Assembly (NCBI GenBank): GCA_964016885.1
Contig: OZ024748.1
Location: forward strand, 1,488,001-1,552,000
Origin: Eledone cirrhosa
Lineage: Eukaryota
Direction of reading: 5' to 3'
DNA: 64,000 bases
The position numbers were made by a program, and so were the translations under genes. This document shows, in pieces, positions 27,544-40,395 of the stretch. Below the pieces are notes generated by a model. It was not told where the DNA came from, did no database searches, and saw only the letters and a program-made list of their open reading frames with translations. The stretch's first letter is position 1. The number at the start of each line of letters is the position of its first letter.

Positions 27544-27675
27544 TGATTAGAGATAGGGAAGAGAGAAACAAATGAATTAATATATAAATGAAGCACTGTT
27601 GAAATTATTACAGATAATTAGTAAGAACATATATATATTTTAAATAAAATTCTTGATAAATATGTCCATATATTA

Positions 27676-27737
<62 letters not shown>

Positions 27738-27898
27738 AAGTGAATATCTGTGTGTGTGTATTTCAGATACGTTGTAAGAGTTTTATGTATTTTGTGTGGT
27801 TTTTGGTGCTTTCTTTAGCTATGTTTTTAATTTTTTAACATACCGTAAGCGGCATCGATATATTTATGTATATATATATATAACAACAGAAGGCCGTA

Positions 27899-27942
<44 letters not shown>

Positions 27943-28313
27943 TGTGTGTGTGTAAATATATATATGGGTTTGTGTGTGTATGTATATAGGACGTGATTGA
28001 GAGGTAGGGAGAGGAATAGATATTGACAAAGTGGGAGGGATTAGGTTGTTGCTATTGCTGCTGTTGTTGTTGTTGTTTCAAGAAAGAGGGCGGTGAGGTA
28101 ATTGATGTTGTTGCTGGTGGTGTGTCGTGTTGTCATCGCTGCTGCCGTCCTCAAAGCATGCTAAAATAAAAGCGGTCTGCTGTTCGGTGAGAGAACGAAA
28201 GAGAGAGAAAGAATAGACAGACATCAAAATATACAAAGAAGCGATCAAATATCTCTCCATGAATCCATTCCATTCCATTTATTTATGCTGTTGCCAGATT
28301 AACGTTGATCAAC

Positions 28314-28374
28314 ATGTGTTTGCTAATTGGACCACCCGGAGTTGGTAAAACTTTACTCATGAAGAGGATGCAAA
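28314..28374 (+). CDS. ARL16: ARL16 (ADP-ribosylation factor-like 16) coding exon 1
   Basis: AAC-ATG start; MCLLIGPPGVGKTLLMKRMQ contains the P-loop GxxGVGKT and matches the recalled ARL16 N-terminus (MCLLLGATGVGKTLLVKRLQ). Ends phase 1 at a U12-type donor GTATCCTTT. Confidence 0.93.
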
Positions 28375-30073
28375 GTATCCTTTGCTTTTCAGAGACTGTT
28401 TTGTTAGGATATAACTGTGTAGATATATTTCTGTTTGTTTGTGTGTTTGTCTATGTGTGTGTTTTGGTAACTGTACGTGTATATTAATCTCTGTGTGTGT
28501 GTGTGCATGTGTTTTCAAAACTACATGTATGTTAATCTGTGTGTGTGTGTCTTTCGATAACTGTACGTGTATGTTAATCTGTGCGTGTGTTGATAACTCT
28601 GTGTGTGTCTCTATTGTGATAATTATGTGTAGGTGGGTGTGCAGATAAATGTTTGTGTGTATATATGTAGATAACTTAACTGTTTTAATCTATCTTTTTA
28701 TGTGTGTGTGCATGACTATGGCTTGTTAACTACGTGTGTTTGTATATATATATATATAAATATACATATATGTGTGTGTATGTAACTTAACTGTTTTAAT
28801 CTATCTCTTTATGTGTGTGTGCAAGGCTATGAGTTGTTAACTACGTGTGTTTGTATGTATGGGGGTGATAATTACGTATGTATGTTAGTATGCGGATGAT
28901 TGTGTATGTGACAAACCGAGTCACAGAAACTGCATGTGTGTGAGGAGAGAGGGGACTTCTGGTGATCTTCCTTTTACAAGTTTATTTGTTTTGATCCAAG
29001 TGTCCATTCCATTACTGATTTTGCTTACTATAACCCGCTCAGCCCACAATATCAAGAATCACATAAACACCATTGTGTGTGTGTGCGTGTGCAGATCCCG
29101 AGTAATATAGGAGGGTAACCACAGTTAGTAGAGTCTAAGCATCATTATTTCATATAGAAATGACTTATAAAGGACTAGAACTGTTTCATTTGTATGAAAA
29201 TGTATGTGTTTCAGTGTCTGTTTATATACATGCATATATATGTGTGTGTGTGTTTATTGCACCAACACCACCACCCGGAGGAGAGAAGTCTCTGTTTCAA
29301 CAAATATTTCTTCTAAAATAGATGCATTGTCGTTGATCAATCTCTTACGAATTTCCATTCAAAGCGATCGCATTAGAAGTTGCTTGTGTGGTTATTGTGT
29401 GCCTACTTTTGTCTCCAGACAGTTATTTGTTGGTGTTGTTTAACCCCAGATATCAGCGCTGATCGAGTAAACCTACCTCCACCCCATATATATATATATA
29501 TATATATATATGTAACAGTATATAGAGAGAAAGAGCCCGGATTTTTATCCCAACGGACAGCATGAGGCGAGGAATTCCATTGGGATTACACCGTATATCT
29601 ATAAATCTATCTATAATCATTCATCTATCGACACACTCTCTCTCTACATACATACATACATACATACATACATACATACATACATACATACATACATACA
29701 TACAATATATTAACAAATGGAAACTATATTTATAAAACCATATTTATTTCATTATACATATTTCAAGGACACCAAAGCAAATTATGGTGCGCTTTCATCA
29801 GATAAAATATAATATAGATCAGTTTTATAAACAAATATTGACATACCCTTAAAGAATGCGACCATGTCGGTTGGAAGCTCCTGGATAGTGGGGTTACTAA
29901 TTTTAATATTGGTCTATTATGTAAATTAGTATCGGAAAGGTTTAAATCCCGTACATTTAAATTAAGCCGTTGGAATAGGGAAGGAAGAGCAAACCCAAAA
30001 TTTGTTGAGTACTTTATATCAGTTATAAAAATATTTGCTTCTTGTATCCCAACAAATTAAATATAACTTCTAC

Positions 30074-30105
<32 letters not shown>

Positions 30106-31486
30106 TCGAATGCATCTTTTTTCTTGGAGAGATTTGGAGATGGAAGGATGCAGCTTTGTTGAGGTTTGGCTGCTATTTCGGGCAGATCGGAGCATCGCGT
30201 AATGATTAAATACATTCACGAGAATTTTCGATGACTAATGGTCGTGATCGTTAAATAACGTTATTGTTATTGTTGCTTTTGTTTTTTTTATGCAGTTATG
30301 ACCATTCTATAAAAAAAACTTACTGCTTCTCTCTCCACTTACCCCATTACTAAATAATAAAGCGAACTAACGGAGGTGCGAGCTTCTAGTATGCGGTCGC
30401 TAGATGGATTGCTCGACCTACCTAGAAATAGCAACCAAATTTACCTCTCAAATCAAACCCGTCTATCTTTAAATAAATAAATAAGACACGAGACAACTAT
30501 GGAAGCCGCTATGTGGTCATTCGACTTGCTAGAAATATCAGTCAAATCTCTAAAAACTGTACCCGGCTATCTTTAAAAAAAAAAAGAAAGATTGGATAAG
30601 GGAGTTTAATAAAATTCACACACCCACACGCATATATATATATCATTTATATATATCATGTGGTCCAACCTGTAATTGAATGGGCTCTGCTAGATTTCGA
30701 TGGCCAAGACATGCTGTATGTCACTGTGGCAGCTCTACAACCCCATCAGATTTTGAGAGCTCAGTCAGGGTAGAGCCAAGCCAATAATAGTGGTATCACC
30801 AGGTCCCACTTAGGTATGGGACTTGGTATGACAATCAAAATGAGATGATTGGTTATGTGGTGAAATACCCAGGGATGCTTGCTGTATGAAAAACAAACAG
30901 AAAAGTGAGTGTTGACGTACTTGATGCAAAAAGACGAGAAATTTTAAAGAATTAAAATCACCCCTGTACTGATGAGAAAATAATTGTTTCTACTTTGGGC
31001 ACAAGGCCAGCAATTACTCAGTGCATTACTGGTACTTTTTCATCGACCCCGTAAGGATGAAAGGCAAAGTTAACCTCGTCGGGATTTGAACTGATGAGAA
31101 AATAATTGTTTCTACGTTAGGCACAAGGCCAGCAATTACCCAGTGTATTACTGGTACTTTATTTTATCGACCCCGTAAGGACGAAAGGCAAAGTTAACCT
31201 CGGCGGGATTTGAACTCAGAATGACAAGGGCCGTAACTCTATGCGTGAACTGATGAGAAAATAATGTTTGTCGTAATTATGAAATATGGGTAAGGGCAAA
31301 GGGAGATAACCCTTAAATTTTAATTAAGAATCAAATGTATTCTTATTTTATTGTTTTCACATGAGGCCCCTATATATATATATTTGTATGTGTGTGTGTG
31401 TATATATATAATTTTTTTGTTTTGCTTTTCTTCATGATTTAATTTTGGGTCACAAATATATGTTTATTAAATCCTTAACAAATTTG
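28375..31486 (+). other. ARL16: U12-type (minor spliceosome) intron 1 of ARL16
   Basis: 5' site GTATCCTTT matches the U12 consensus RTATCCTTT. Branch site TCCTTAAC at 31472-31479. No polypyrimidine tract before exon 2. Exact 3' end uncertain. Confidence 0.88.
30968..31265 (-). mobile_element. Two SINEs stacked at one target site in ARL16 intron 1
   Basis: ACTGATGAGAAAATAAT occurs three times (about 30968, 31090, 31248), bracketing two SINE copies. Confidence 0.8.
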
Positions 31487-31545
31487 ATTGCACAAGTAAA
31501 GGTACCTTTGAAAACCTCCATGAAATTCCAGCAACGATCCCAACA
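31487..31545 (+). CDS. ARL16: ARL16 exon 2 (5' boundary 31487 with a TG acceptor, or 31502 with the in-frame AG)
   Basis: (N)CTSKGTFENLHEIPATIPT carries the switch-I TxPT motif. Preceded by U12 branch site TCCTTAAC (31472-31479) and followed by a GTAAG donor at 31546. Confidence 0.82.
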
Positions 31546-32196
31546 GTAAGAAAATCATTTATTTGTTTTTTTCATTAAAATATTTCTTGTTATTAAATGT
31601 ACTTTGTATAAGTAACAGTAATGCACTGGGGTTGATTTAATCGATTTTCCCTGCCCCCAGAATTGTTAGCCTTATGCTTAAATCAAGAATCATTATACAG
31701 GGCTGTGGATTGGCAGTATCAGTAGAGCGTCAGACAACATGCTTTGCGGCATATAGTTACAGCCCTTTACATTCTGTCTTCCAATCCCGCCATGGTTAGC
31801 TTTGCCTTTCATCCTTTAGGTGTTGATAAAATAAAGTACCAGTGATGCATATATATATATATCATCATCATCATCATCGTTTAACGTCCATCTTCCACGC
31901 TAGCATGGGTTAGACGGTTTTGTTCCATGTGATGCAGGAGTAGTCGGGAGACTGTGTCTCGCTTGTACAGAAGTGTCTCTGGCAGGTTTTTTACAGCTGG
32001 ATACCCTTCCTAACACCAACCATATTTACAGGGTATTTTCTGAGGGTTAGTAGACTTATTGGAGCAATATTATGAATATAATAATGAAATAATAATTTTT
32101 CAACAACTCTTGCAACTTTTGGCCCACTCTGTATATAATGCACATATTCCATTTTGTTGAAAATAAAACTAATTATCATATATTTTATTCTTCCAG

Positions 32197-32316
32197 GTCG
32201 GGACAAATATGGTTAGTGTGTTACTAAGTAAGAAAATAGACATTGTTATACGAGAACTTGGAGGTTGCATGGGACCAATTTGGCACAGTTATTTCAGAGA
32301 TACAGAATATCTTATG
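32197..32316 (+). CDS. ARL16: ARL16 exon 3
   Basis: ttccAG acceptor, GTATGT donor, 120 nt. VGTNMVSVLLSKKIDIVIRELGGCMGPIWHSYFRDTEYLM contains the ARL16-characteristic RELGGCMGPIW motif. Confidence 0.95.
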
Positions 32317-33263
32317 GTATGTAAATTAATTTTTTGTGAGCTTTTGTGTAGTTTGGCCCTCAGAGGTCACCCCCACCTCATCCTTATTGGGGAATCTGTT
32401 TTTATTTGTTTGATTTTTTAAAAAATGATATTTTTAGTTTTTGTTATAACCTTTTTTATACTCAAAAACCCACAAAGCATCATTCTGTGCTGTCTAATGT
32501 TTTCTTAATGTGAACCCTGTGTGGCTAATAAAGAAATCATTATTATTATTATAAGGGCAGTGGATTGGCAGAGTCAGTGGAACGTCGGACAATAAGCTTT
32601 GTGGCATGGAGTTACGACCCTTTATGTTCTGAGTTTAAATCCCGCCAAAGTTAGCTTTGCCTTTCATCCTTACAAGGTCAAATAAATAAAGTACCAGTAA
32701 TGCACTGGTGTCAATTTAATCAACTTTCCCTCCCCTTCAAATTGCTGGCCTTGTGCCTATACTAGAAACAATTATTATTCGATATAAAACTCACAAATGC
32801 ATAACTATTATTCATAGTGGTCAGCTGAATTTCCCCTCCCCACCGAATCAGAACAATTATTGCTGTAGGATAATAAAAGGGTTAAACACTTAAAAATAAA
32901 CAGTTTTGTGTTATGGAACCAAAGAGTTCATTTTCTGGCAGTTTGGTATCAAAATGGTTCATCAATCCTGCAACTCTTATCAGTGGCTCTACTCTCTATT
33001 CTGAGAATGTGTCCAAAGAATTACCAGTTAGCATTTAAACTGGTCATATCCAGCCAGAATTTTCTCGCCTGTTTCTGTTCAAACTGGCTGTAACTAACCG
33101 CTCATACTGATGTTAAGGTGTTGTTCTCAAAACAAATAATATCAAAATCTCATAAATTCAATAATATGTGAGGTAAAGCCTTTACTGTGAAAATACAATA
33201 GTATATATAGAGTAATATAAATGGTAAAGGGTTAACACTCATGTTATTTTCTTTGTGTTCCAG

Positions 33264-33379
33264 TATATGATTGATTTAAACAACAGACAGCAAATCTCAG
33301 CAGCGTGTATACAACTGTTGACCATTTTACAAGACAAACAACTCACCAATACACCTGTCCTTCTTCTTCTTAACAAAAT
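33264..33379 (+). CDS. ARL16: ARL16 exon 4
   Basis: ttccAG acceptor, GTAAGT donor. YMIDLNNRQQISAACIQLLTILQDKQLTNTPVLLLLNK; the G4 motif NKID is completed across the next junction. Not in the ORF track. Confidence 0.93.
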
Positions 33380-33456
33380 GTAAGTTAGTTTTTAGGGTTT
33401 AAACCTTATTTTTTTAAATATCTGTCTTTGTGTTTTTACTTTCTCCAAATATTTCT

Positions 33457-33491
<35 letters not shown>

Positions 33492-33886
33492 ATATATATA
33501 TGTATGTATGCAATATATATATGTGTGTATGCAATATATATATGTGTGTATGCAATATTTATATATGCATGTATACAATGTATATATGTATGTATGCAAT
33601 ATATATATTGGTGTATATGCAATATATATATATATGCATGTATACAATGTATATATGTATGTATGCAATATATATATGTGTATATGCAATATATATATAT
33701 ATGCATGTATACAATGTATATATGTATGTATGCAATGTTCATATGTATGCATTGTATAATTGCATATATGTTCATATATATATATATGTAAGAGTGAGAG
33801 AGTCTGCAGTGCTGAGACTGAGGAGACCACTAATCATGATCCTGTTCGCAGCACCAAACGGTTTCAGCTTGTGTGTTCAGCAATAT

Positions 33887-33919
<33 letters not shown>

Positions 33920-34662
33920 GTTAAGGTGCTTGGCCTTGGCCTAGTGGTTAGGGTGTTACATAGAAATTAGTTTTTAATACATATATACATACATATGAAA
34001 ATGTGAGACTCCCAAAATTAGAAATTGACTGTAATAACAGTCAATCACTATAGATAATAGTTGAGAAAATAGGGCAAAATACCCTTAGAAATGAAAAAAG
34101 TGGACAATAGGCACCTCTGTCTATTTTTTCCCATTTTGAGAATAATTAACTATTTGTAAGCAAACAGCCTCTCTCTGTCACTGCTAGAACAAATGGATGG
34201 TAATGGTAATGGTAAACATAGTTTAATGAGGCTGTTTGCTTGCAAACGAATCAAATATTATTATTATTCAATATAAAAGGACCGTGGATTGGCAGTATCG
34301 GTAGAGAGTCAGACACCATGTTTTGCAGCATAGAGTTACGGTCCTTTACAGCCTGAGTTCAAATCCCACTGAGGTTAACTTTTCCTTTCATCCTTACGGG
34401 GTCGATAAAATAAAGTACCAGTAATGTACTGGGGTCGATTTACTCGACTTTCACCTCTCCTTCAAATTACTGGCCTTGTGCCTATACGAGAAATCATTAT
34501 TATTCAATATAAAACTAACAAAAACATAACTTATTTATAGAGGCCAACTGTTATTACAGTTATTTTTCTGTATTGGGAATCTCACATTTTCAAATTTCAA
34601 ACACTGCCAGTGTATTAATGATTCTTAAAGTTTATGTACATATTTATAATTTTTATATATAG

Positions 34663-34831
34663 AGACATGGCTACCATAATGTCGAGACCTGAATTTGAAA
34701 ATTACCTTCGCTTAGAAGAAATTCTTGAGCATTCCACTCAAAATATCACAGTCCACGAAATAAGTGCCTGGAATGGTAAAGGATTGGAAGAAATTCTACG
34801 TTGGCTTCAGGCTAATCACAAACCCAGATGA
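34663..34831 (+). CDS. ARL16: ARL16 exon 5 (terminal)
   Basis: tAG acceptor in the required phase (AT+A = Ile). DMATIMSRPEFENYLRLEEILEHSTQNITVHEISAWNGKGLEEILRWLQANHKPR* with the G5 EISA motif; TGA ends at 34831. Confidence 0.94.
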
Positions 34832-35060
34832 AACTAGGCCTTTCTTTATTGCATGTTCTTCATTCTTCTTGTCCAAGATTTCAGCTCTTGTAATAATATC
34901 TATTTGTTCATATGAGTTCATTATTGTTGCATTTGCCCCTGACCCAGGGACCTCTAAATAACCCACACAAATTTTTATTTATTTTTATTTCCCTTTGTGT
35001 AAGAAAAAGGTGTAAGGGGCTGCCTTATATTCTGGCAGATGCTCACCTGAAGCCACAGGC

Positions 35061-35237
35061 TTCCAGCTGGGCTACTTACAAGGATCAAGAGGTATGGTTA
35101 GTAAACTGGGATGGGGCTCCATGAGTCATGGTTTATTTCTCCCATATTCCTCCAACTGGGTTACTTACAAGGATCAAAAGGTTTGGTTAATAAGCTGGGA
35201 TGAAGCTCTCATGAATCATGATTTATTTCTCCCGTAT
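35061..35237. repeat. Tandem duplication of about 89 bp in the probable ARL16 3' UTR
   Basis: CTGGG.TACTTACAAGGATCAA.AGGT.TGGTTA.TAA.CTGGGATG occurs twice. Confidence 0.85.
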
Positions 35238-36009
35238 GTCTTGAATGTCCTGCAAAGGTTCATGGGCGCTGACTTTCTTCTTTTGACTGAGCCATTTAAG
35301 AAAGAAAAAAATGTTCTAAAAAAGAAAAAAAGTTTTTTTAAAAAATATTTTTTGATATTTTGAATTTATAAAAGGTTATTCACTGAAAAAACAAAAATAT
35401 GTGCAAAGAATAATTTGTGAGAAAGCTTACTATTCCCATTTGTATATGTGATTCCTTTTGTAATGAATGTGAATGGTAATAAGCTTGGGTAGCAATCATG
35501 CGGCATGTGATTCAATTCCTTCTTATTGAGTATATTGGTATTTTTCTCTCAGATTGCTGTTTGCAAACTTTAACTGAAAGGTTCATAGGCTGACTATGAA
35601 GGAGTGATGCTAGAGCTGTGAAATCTTGCATTAATTTCAACTCTTCTTAGTAATAACTGCAATGTTTCTTTCCAGGGACTATGTTGAAAAATAAGTCTCA
35701 TTTGGTCATTCCATGAGAGTATCTTGGTCAGCCTATGAATTTTTCAGCTGACCCGTATAAACCATTTAAAATTGTATGCATTAAATACACACTTAGACAT
35801 TAATATATAATTTATTCAGATATATATATATATATGTGAGTGTGTGTGTGATTGTGTATACATATATGAATATATACATATATAAATATGATGTATATAC
35901 AAGTGTCTGTGTATGTACTTAATATATATAGTAAAGTTTATTCATATATATATGTGTGTGTGTGTTTGTATGCATTTGTATATCACTCTCTCTCTCTCTC
36001 TCTCTCTCT

Positions 36010-36060
<51 letters not shown>

Positions 36061-38687
36061 TTTATCTATCTATCTATATGTATATATATATAGGTTGCTG
36101 TGGAAAATAAAATCTCACCAATGCCCTTCTCACCTCTATTTATTTTATTAAAATAGCTGGGCAGCTAAAGCATCATCATCATCACATTACTAGCCTCTCG
36201 TGGATCAGAATTTCATATTGACATTAAACATGTGATTGTGTTCCTGGCCAATACATACACACCCAATGATTGACATACATTGTCTCAGTTGTACAACTTA
36301 GTTCTCAGGAATATATGCTAAGACAATCCGCATATAAAGACTGACATGTCTTTCTTTCCAGTCCACAATCAATACTGAATGTCTCATAATCTACAGTGGA
36401 AAACATTAAAACAAATACATTGTCCCCTATGCATCTTTCCCAGTCGTTTGTTATACACAGCTACTGACAGACTGGTTAATCTTTAACATGTTAGTAATTT
36501 TTATGAGTTCTTGCCCTTGACACTGTATTATCTATTAAGGGGACATTACTCTACAGTACCATATGTTGCCAACAGTGTATTAAAGGTTAAAATAGCGATA
36601 CAGCCCTTCCCTTACTGTGTGAAATCGCTGTGATCCACATCCAGAGGCAGGTGAGGAAGGAGTATTGATTCTTCAGCTTTCTTTTACTTCATACATTGTC
36701 CTCCGTGTATCTTTTTTTCCCTTTTCTTTTTCTTAACTCATGTTCCCTTGTATATGCAATTTTATTCTGTATGTATATATATGGAAGAACTTGTATCATA
36801 TGGTGTACACTCCAGAGTAACAGGCAATTAGATGGGCCTTAATAACCTATATATATATATATATATGTCTGGAATTTGGCGTTGAAACTGCAAGAGCTCA
36901 GCCATCAGGCCCTGACTCTCTACAATATATATGTGTCACTGTGTGTCAGCGCATGACATAGCCACGTCTTAAGCAGTTGGTGGTATTTGTTTATGTTTGA
37001 ACATAGATAGTATATCCTGCAGTTCAGTGGAACAAATACTTTACTTTAAAAAAATCAGATGTAAAAATGATGATGATGATAATGGGGTGGTGGTGATGAT
37101 GCCTCTATGCACCTCGCATTCAATGGTCTGTTGGTATATTTAACACACATATATTTTTGCTCATGAAACACACATGAAATATATTTAGAACAAGTGATCT
37201 CTGTGTTTGAAGCTTTTTTAAGTGAAACAAGGCCTTGCAAAGGACCATTCGCACTCTCTGAACAATTGTGACAGGTATCCAAAAAGAAAAACAGGTCAAT
37301 ATCATTGGTTGCTATCAAGTCACAGGTTTTACATCAGAGTTTTCCTTCTCCTACAATGATGTCCTAACAAACACCAGAGGTCTCTCATTCCTGGTGGGTT
37401 AACCACGTGCTCGCACCTCAAACCGAGTGTTTCTATGTTTCCGTGCAATATGCACAAACATACATGTATGCATATATATATATATACATACATGTATGCA
37501 TATATATATATATACATACATGTATGCATATATATATTATATATATATATATATACATGTATGTATATATACATACACATACAAACATGCATACATACAT
37601 AAATAGATGTCTTCTTCCATACATGTAGAAGTATAGCGAAAATGAAGTTGAAAATACACTTGAAATCCATTGCATTTATGGGACAATGTAAATAGATTAA
37701 AGGATTTCAAACACATTATCAATTTCATTATATATTACATCAGGGAAAAAAATGTACAGAGATAAACAGCTGCATCTCGAGGCCTCTTCAGCCACCTTTA
37801 AACATGCAATTTTGTACACACGCACACACATGCATATTCTGATGTATAAATAATTACATTCTTCATCTATATTGATGAGTTTGTGTCACTTTATGTAAGC
37901 TTGAGTATGTATGGGCTGTAATGGGGTAAGGCAGATGGTAAAGCTATAAAATTTGTTTATTTTTCCTTACTTTTTAAAATATTTTAATAATTTTTGTTGT
38001 TCTCTTTATTAAATAAGAGAAGAGACAAAATGTACAAGTGTCTTTTTTATTCCCCTCTCTTTCCCCCTTCTCTCCCTGTCTATTTATCTTGTCCCCATCA
38101 TATACATATATATGTGTATATATATACACACACATATGTATATATATATATATATACAAAAAGTTATGGAACGAAAGGAGCTGTGGTTACTAAAAACAAG
38201 GTTAGGACGGAACAGGAGGAGAAAGGAAGAAAGGAGTTTCCATCGTCAGCTGTAAATGTTTCCCGGACCAATGTGTTCGGCACTGAATTACAGGACATCG
38301 GTGTAGTTTGGGTGTGCCCGAGGCCTTTTATTAATCAAAAGACGGGGTGGAAAAGGAGAGAGAAAGAGAGGGAAAAAGGGGACACGCATATATATATATA
38401 TAATATATATTTTGTTTCTCCCAAAGCATAACAATATAATATATATATTATCCATCTATGTATCTCCCTCTTTTTCTTTCACATCTATCTATTTCATGCC
38501 CACCTCTCTCTCTCTCCTTCATACCCCCTCCCTCTCTCTCTATACAAAATGTGTATATGTATTTTATCAAAATCAATGGTGGTTTAAATATTTATAAATA
38601 CATCTTTTTTCCACCACAGTCAAACTAACATTCCTGTGTATTCAGTATTTGTTTAATAATATTGTGACTATTATTATTATTATCATT

Positions 38688-39122
38688 AGGGCGGTGGATT
38701 GGCAGTATCGGTAGAGGGTTGGACGCCATGCTTTGACGCATAGAGTTACGGCCCTTGCCATTCTGAGTTCAAATCCCGCCGAGATTAACTTTGCCTTTCA
38801 ACCTTATGGGGTCGATCAAATAAAGTACCAGTAATACACTGGGTTAATTGCTGGCCTTGTGCCAAAAGTAGAAACAATTATTATTATTATTAAAGGGCAG
38901 TAGATTAGCAGTGTTATTAGAACGTTGGACAACATGCTTTATGGCGTAGAGTTACGGCCCTTTGCGTTCTGAGTTCAAATCCTACCGAGGTTAGCTTTAC
39001 CTTTTATCCTTATGAAGTTGATAAAATAAAGTACCAGTAATGCACTGAGGTCAATTTAATCGACTTTTCCTTTCCCCAAAATTGCTGGCCTTGTGCCTAT
39101 AGTAGAAATCATTATTATTATT
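38688..39122 (+). mobile_element. Two tandem copies of the dominant tRNA-derived SINE
   Basis: A-box-like TGGCAGTATCGG, B-box GAGTTCAAATCC, conserved CTTTGCCTTTCATCCTTACGGGGTCGATAAAATAAAGTACCAG core and (ATT)n tail. More than 25 copies or fragments in the window, e.g. about 900-1090, 5345-5570, 14685-14890, 32545-32780, 34275-34505, 42710-43130, 44800-45270, 50460-50650, 61810-61992. Confidence 0.88.
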
Positions 39123-39705
39123 ATTTTTCAAAGATATGACAGCTAACTATTAAAACAAATAAAGAATATATGAAACCAAGCTGACAATAAAGAGAGACAT
39201 GTTATAGTTTATATCAATATTGGTGTGACGTTTTCTCTAGCTCTCCCTGTAGCTCTCACGCACACACACATGTACGTACACGCACACACATATATATGTT
39301 TATATATATATTTGTATATGTATATCATCATTTCATCATTTCATTTTAAGTCCACTTTTCCCTGCTTGCAAGGGTGGGACGGGAACTGATTCTGGCTCGA
39401 TTTCTACAGCTGGATACCCTTCCTAACACCAACCTCATTTACAGTGAGTGCTGGGTGCTTTTTTGCCGTGGCGCCTCCACGACCACTTTGCAGTGGTATG
39501 ATAGGGACCCCAGGCTCTATCATCTCATTTCTACAGCTGAGTAAACTGGAGCAATGTGAAATAAAGTGTCTTGCTCAAGGAAACAACACATCACACAGTC
39601 TGAGAATTGAACTCACAACCTTTCAATTGCAAGGCCAATGCTCTAACCACTAAGCCACGTGCCACCACATATATATATATTTGTGTATGTATATATATAT
39701 ATATA

Positions 39706-40379
39706 TCTAAGGAAAAAATTAGAAATAAGAGGGATCAGATGTTGTTTACTCGAGAGAAGGCTACGTTGGTATGGACACGTGATGCGCATGAAAGTCGATA
39801 GCTGTATAACAAAGTGCAGGGCAATAAAGATAGACGGTAGCCACGGAATAGGCAGACCTAGAAAAACCTGGGACGAGCTGATAAACTCCGACCTCACACA
39901 CTTACACCTCTCCAAGACAATGTCACTGGACCGAGACCTTTGGCGGTACTCAGTAACAGAGAAGACCCGCCTTACCTAAATACATAGTAAAACCTACTAC
40001 AGCCAGTAGGCATCTCTAACAAAATACCCCCCCGTCCCACCACCACCACCTCCACCCCATCCACACCACCCCGTTCTATGTAAAGTTGTGTTGGTGCCAC
40101 ACCATCCAGGCCGAAACAAATGAGATCGTGTAGGTGTCACGACAAAAAAACACACAGTCCACGCTGTAATGTGGCCGTGTAGGCAACACGGTAAAAACCT
40201 CCCAGACCCACACTGTAAATGTGGTTGATGTTAGGAAGGGCATCCAACTGTAGAAAACCTGCCAGACAGTCCTATGCGAGCAAGACAATCACTCTTGCCT
40301 CAATTGGGACTACCCCCGTCCAAACCCATGCAAGCGTGGAACACGGACGTTAAACGTTGATGATGATGATGATGATGAT
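39706..40379 (+). mobile_element. RTE LINE 3' fragment
   Basis: LRKKLEIRGIRCCLLERRLRWYGHVMRM...GRPRKTW, then 3' UTR and (GAT)n tail. Confidence 0.88.
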
Positions 40380-40395
40380 ATATATATATTTGTGT

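Noticed and set aside
27172-27546. Ser/Gly then Val-rich 124-aa ORF
   Set aside because: Trinucleotide repeat with a GTG start in the intergenic region.
30970-30985. CTGATGAG..GAAA as a hammerhead core (also CTGACGA at 3589 and about 38240 minus)
   Set aside because: No properly placed stem II, GAAA and stem III.
37994-38431. 145-aa plus-strand ORF
   Set aside because: Bridges microsatellites, has a non-ATG start and no recognisable domain or splice sites.
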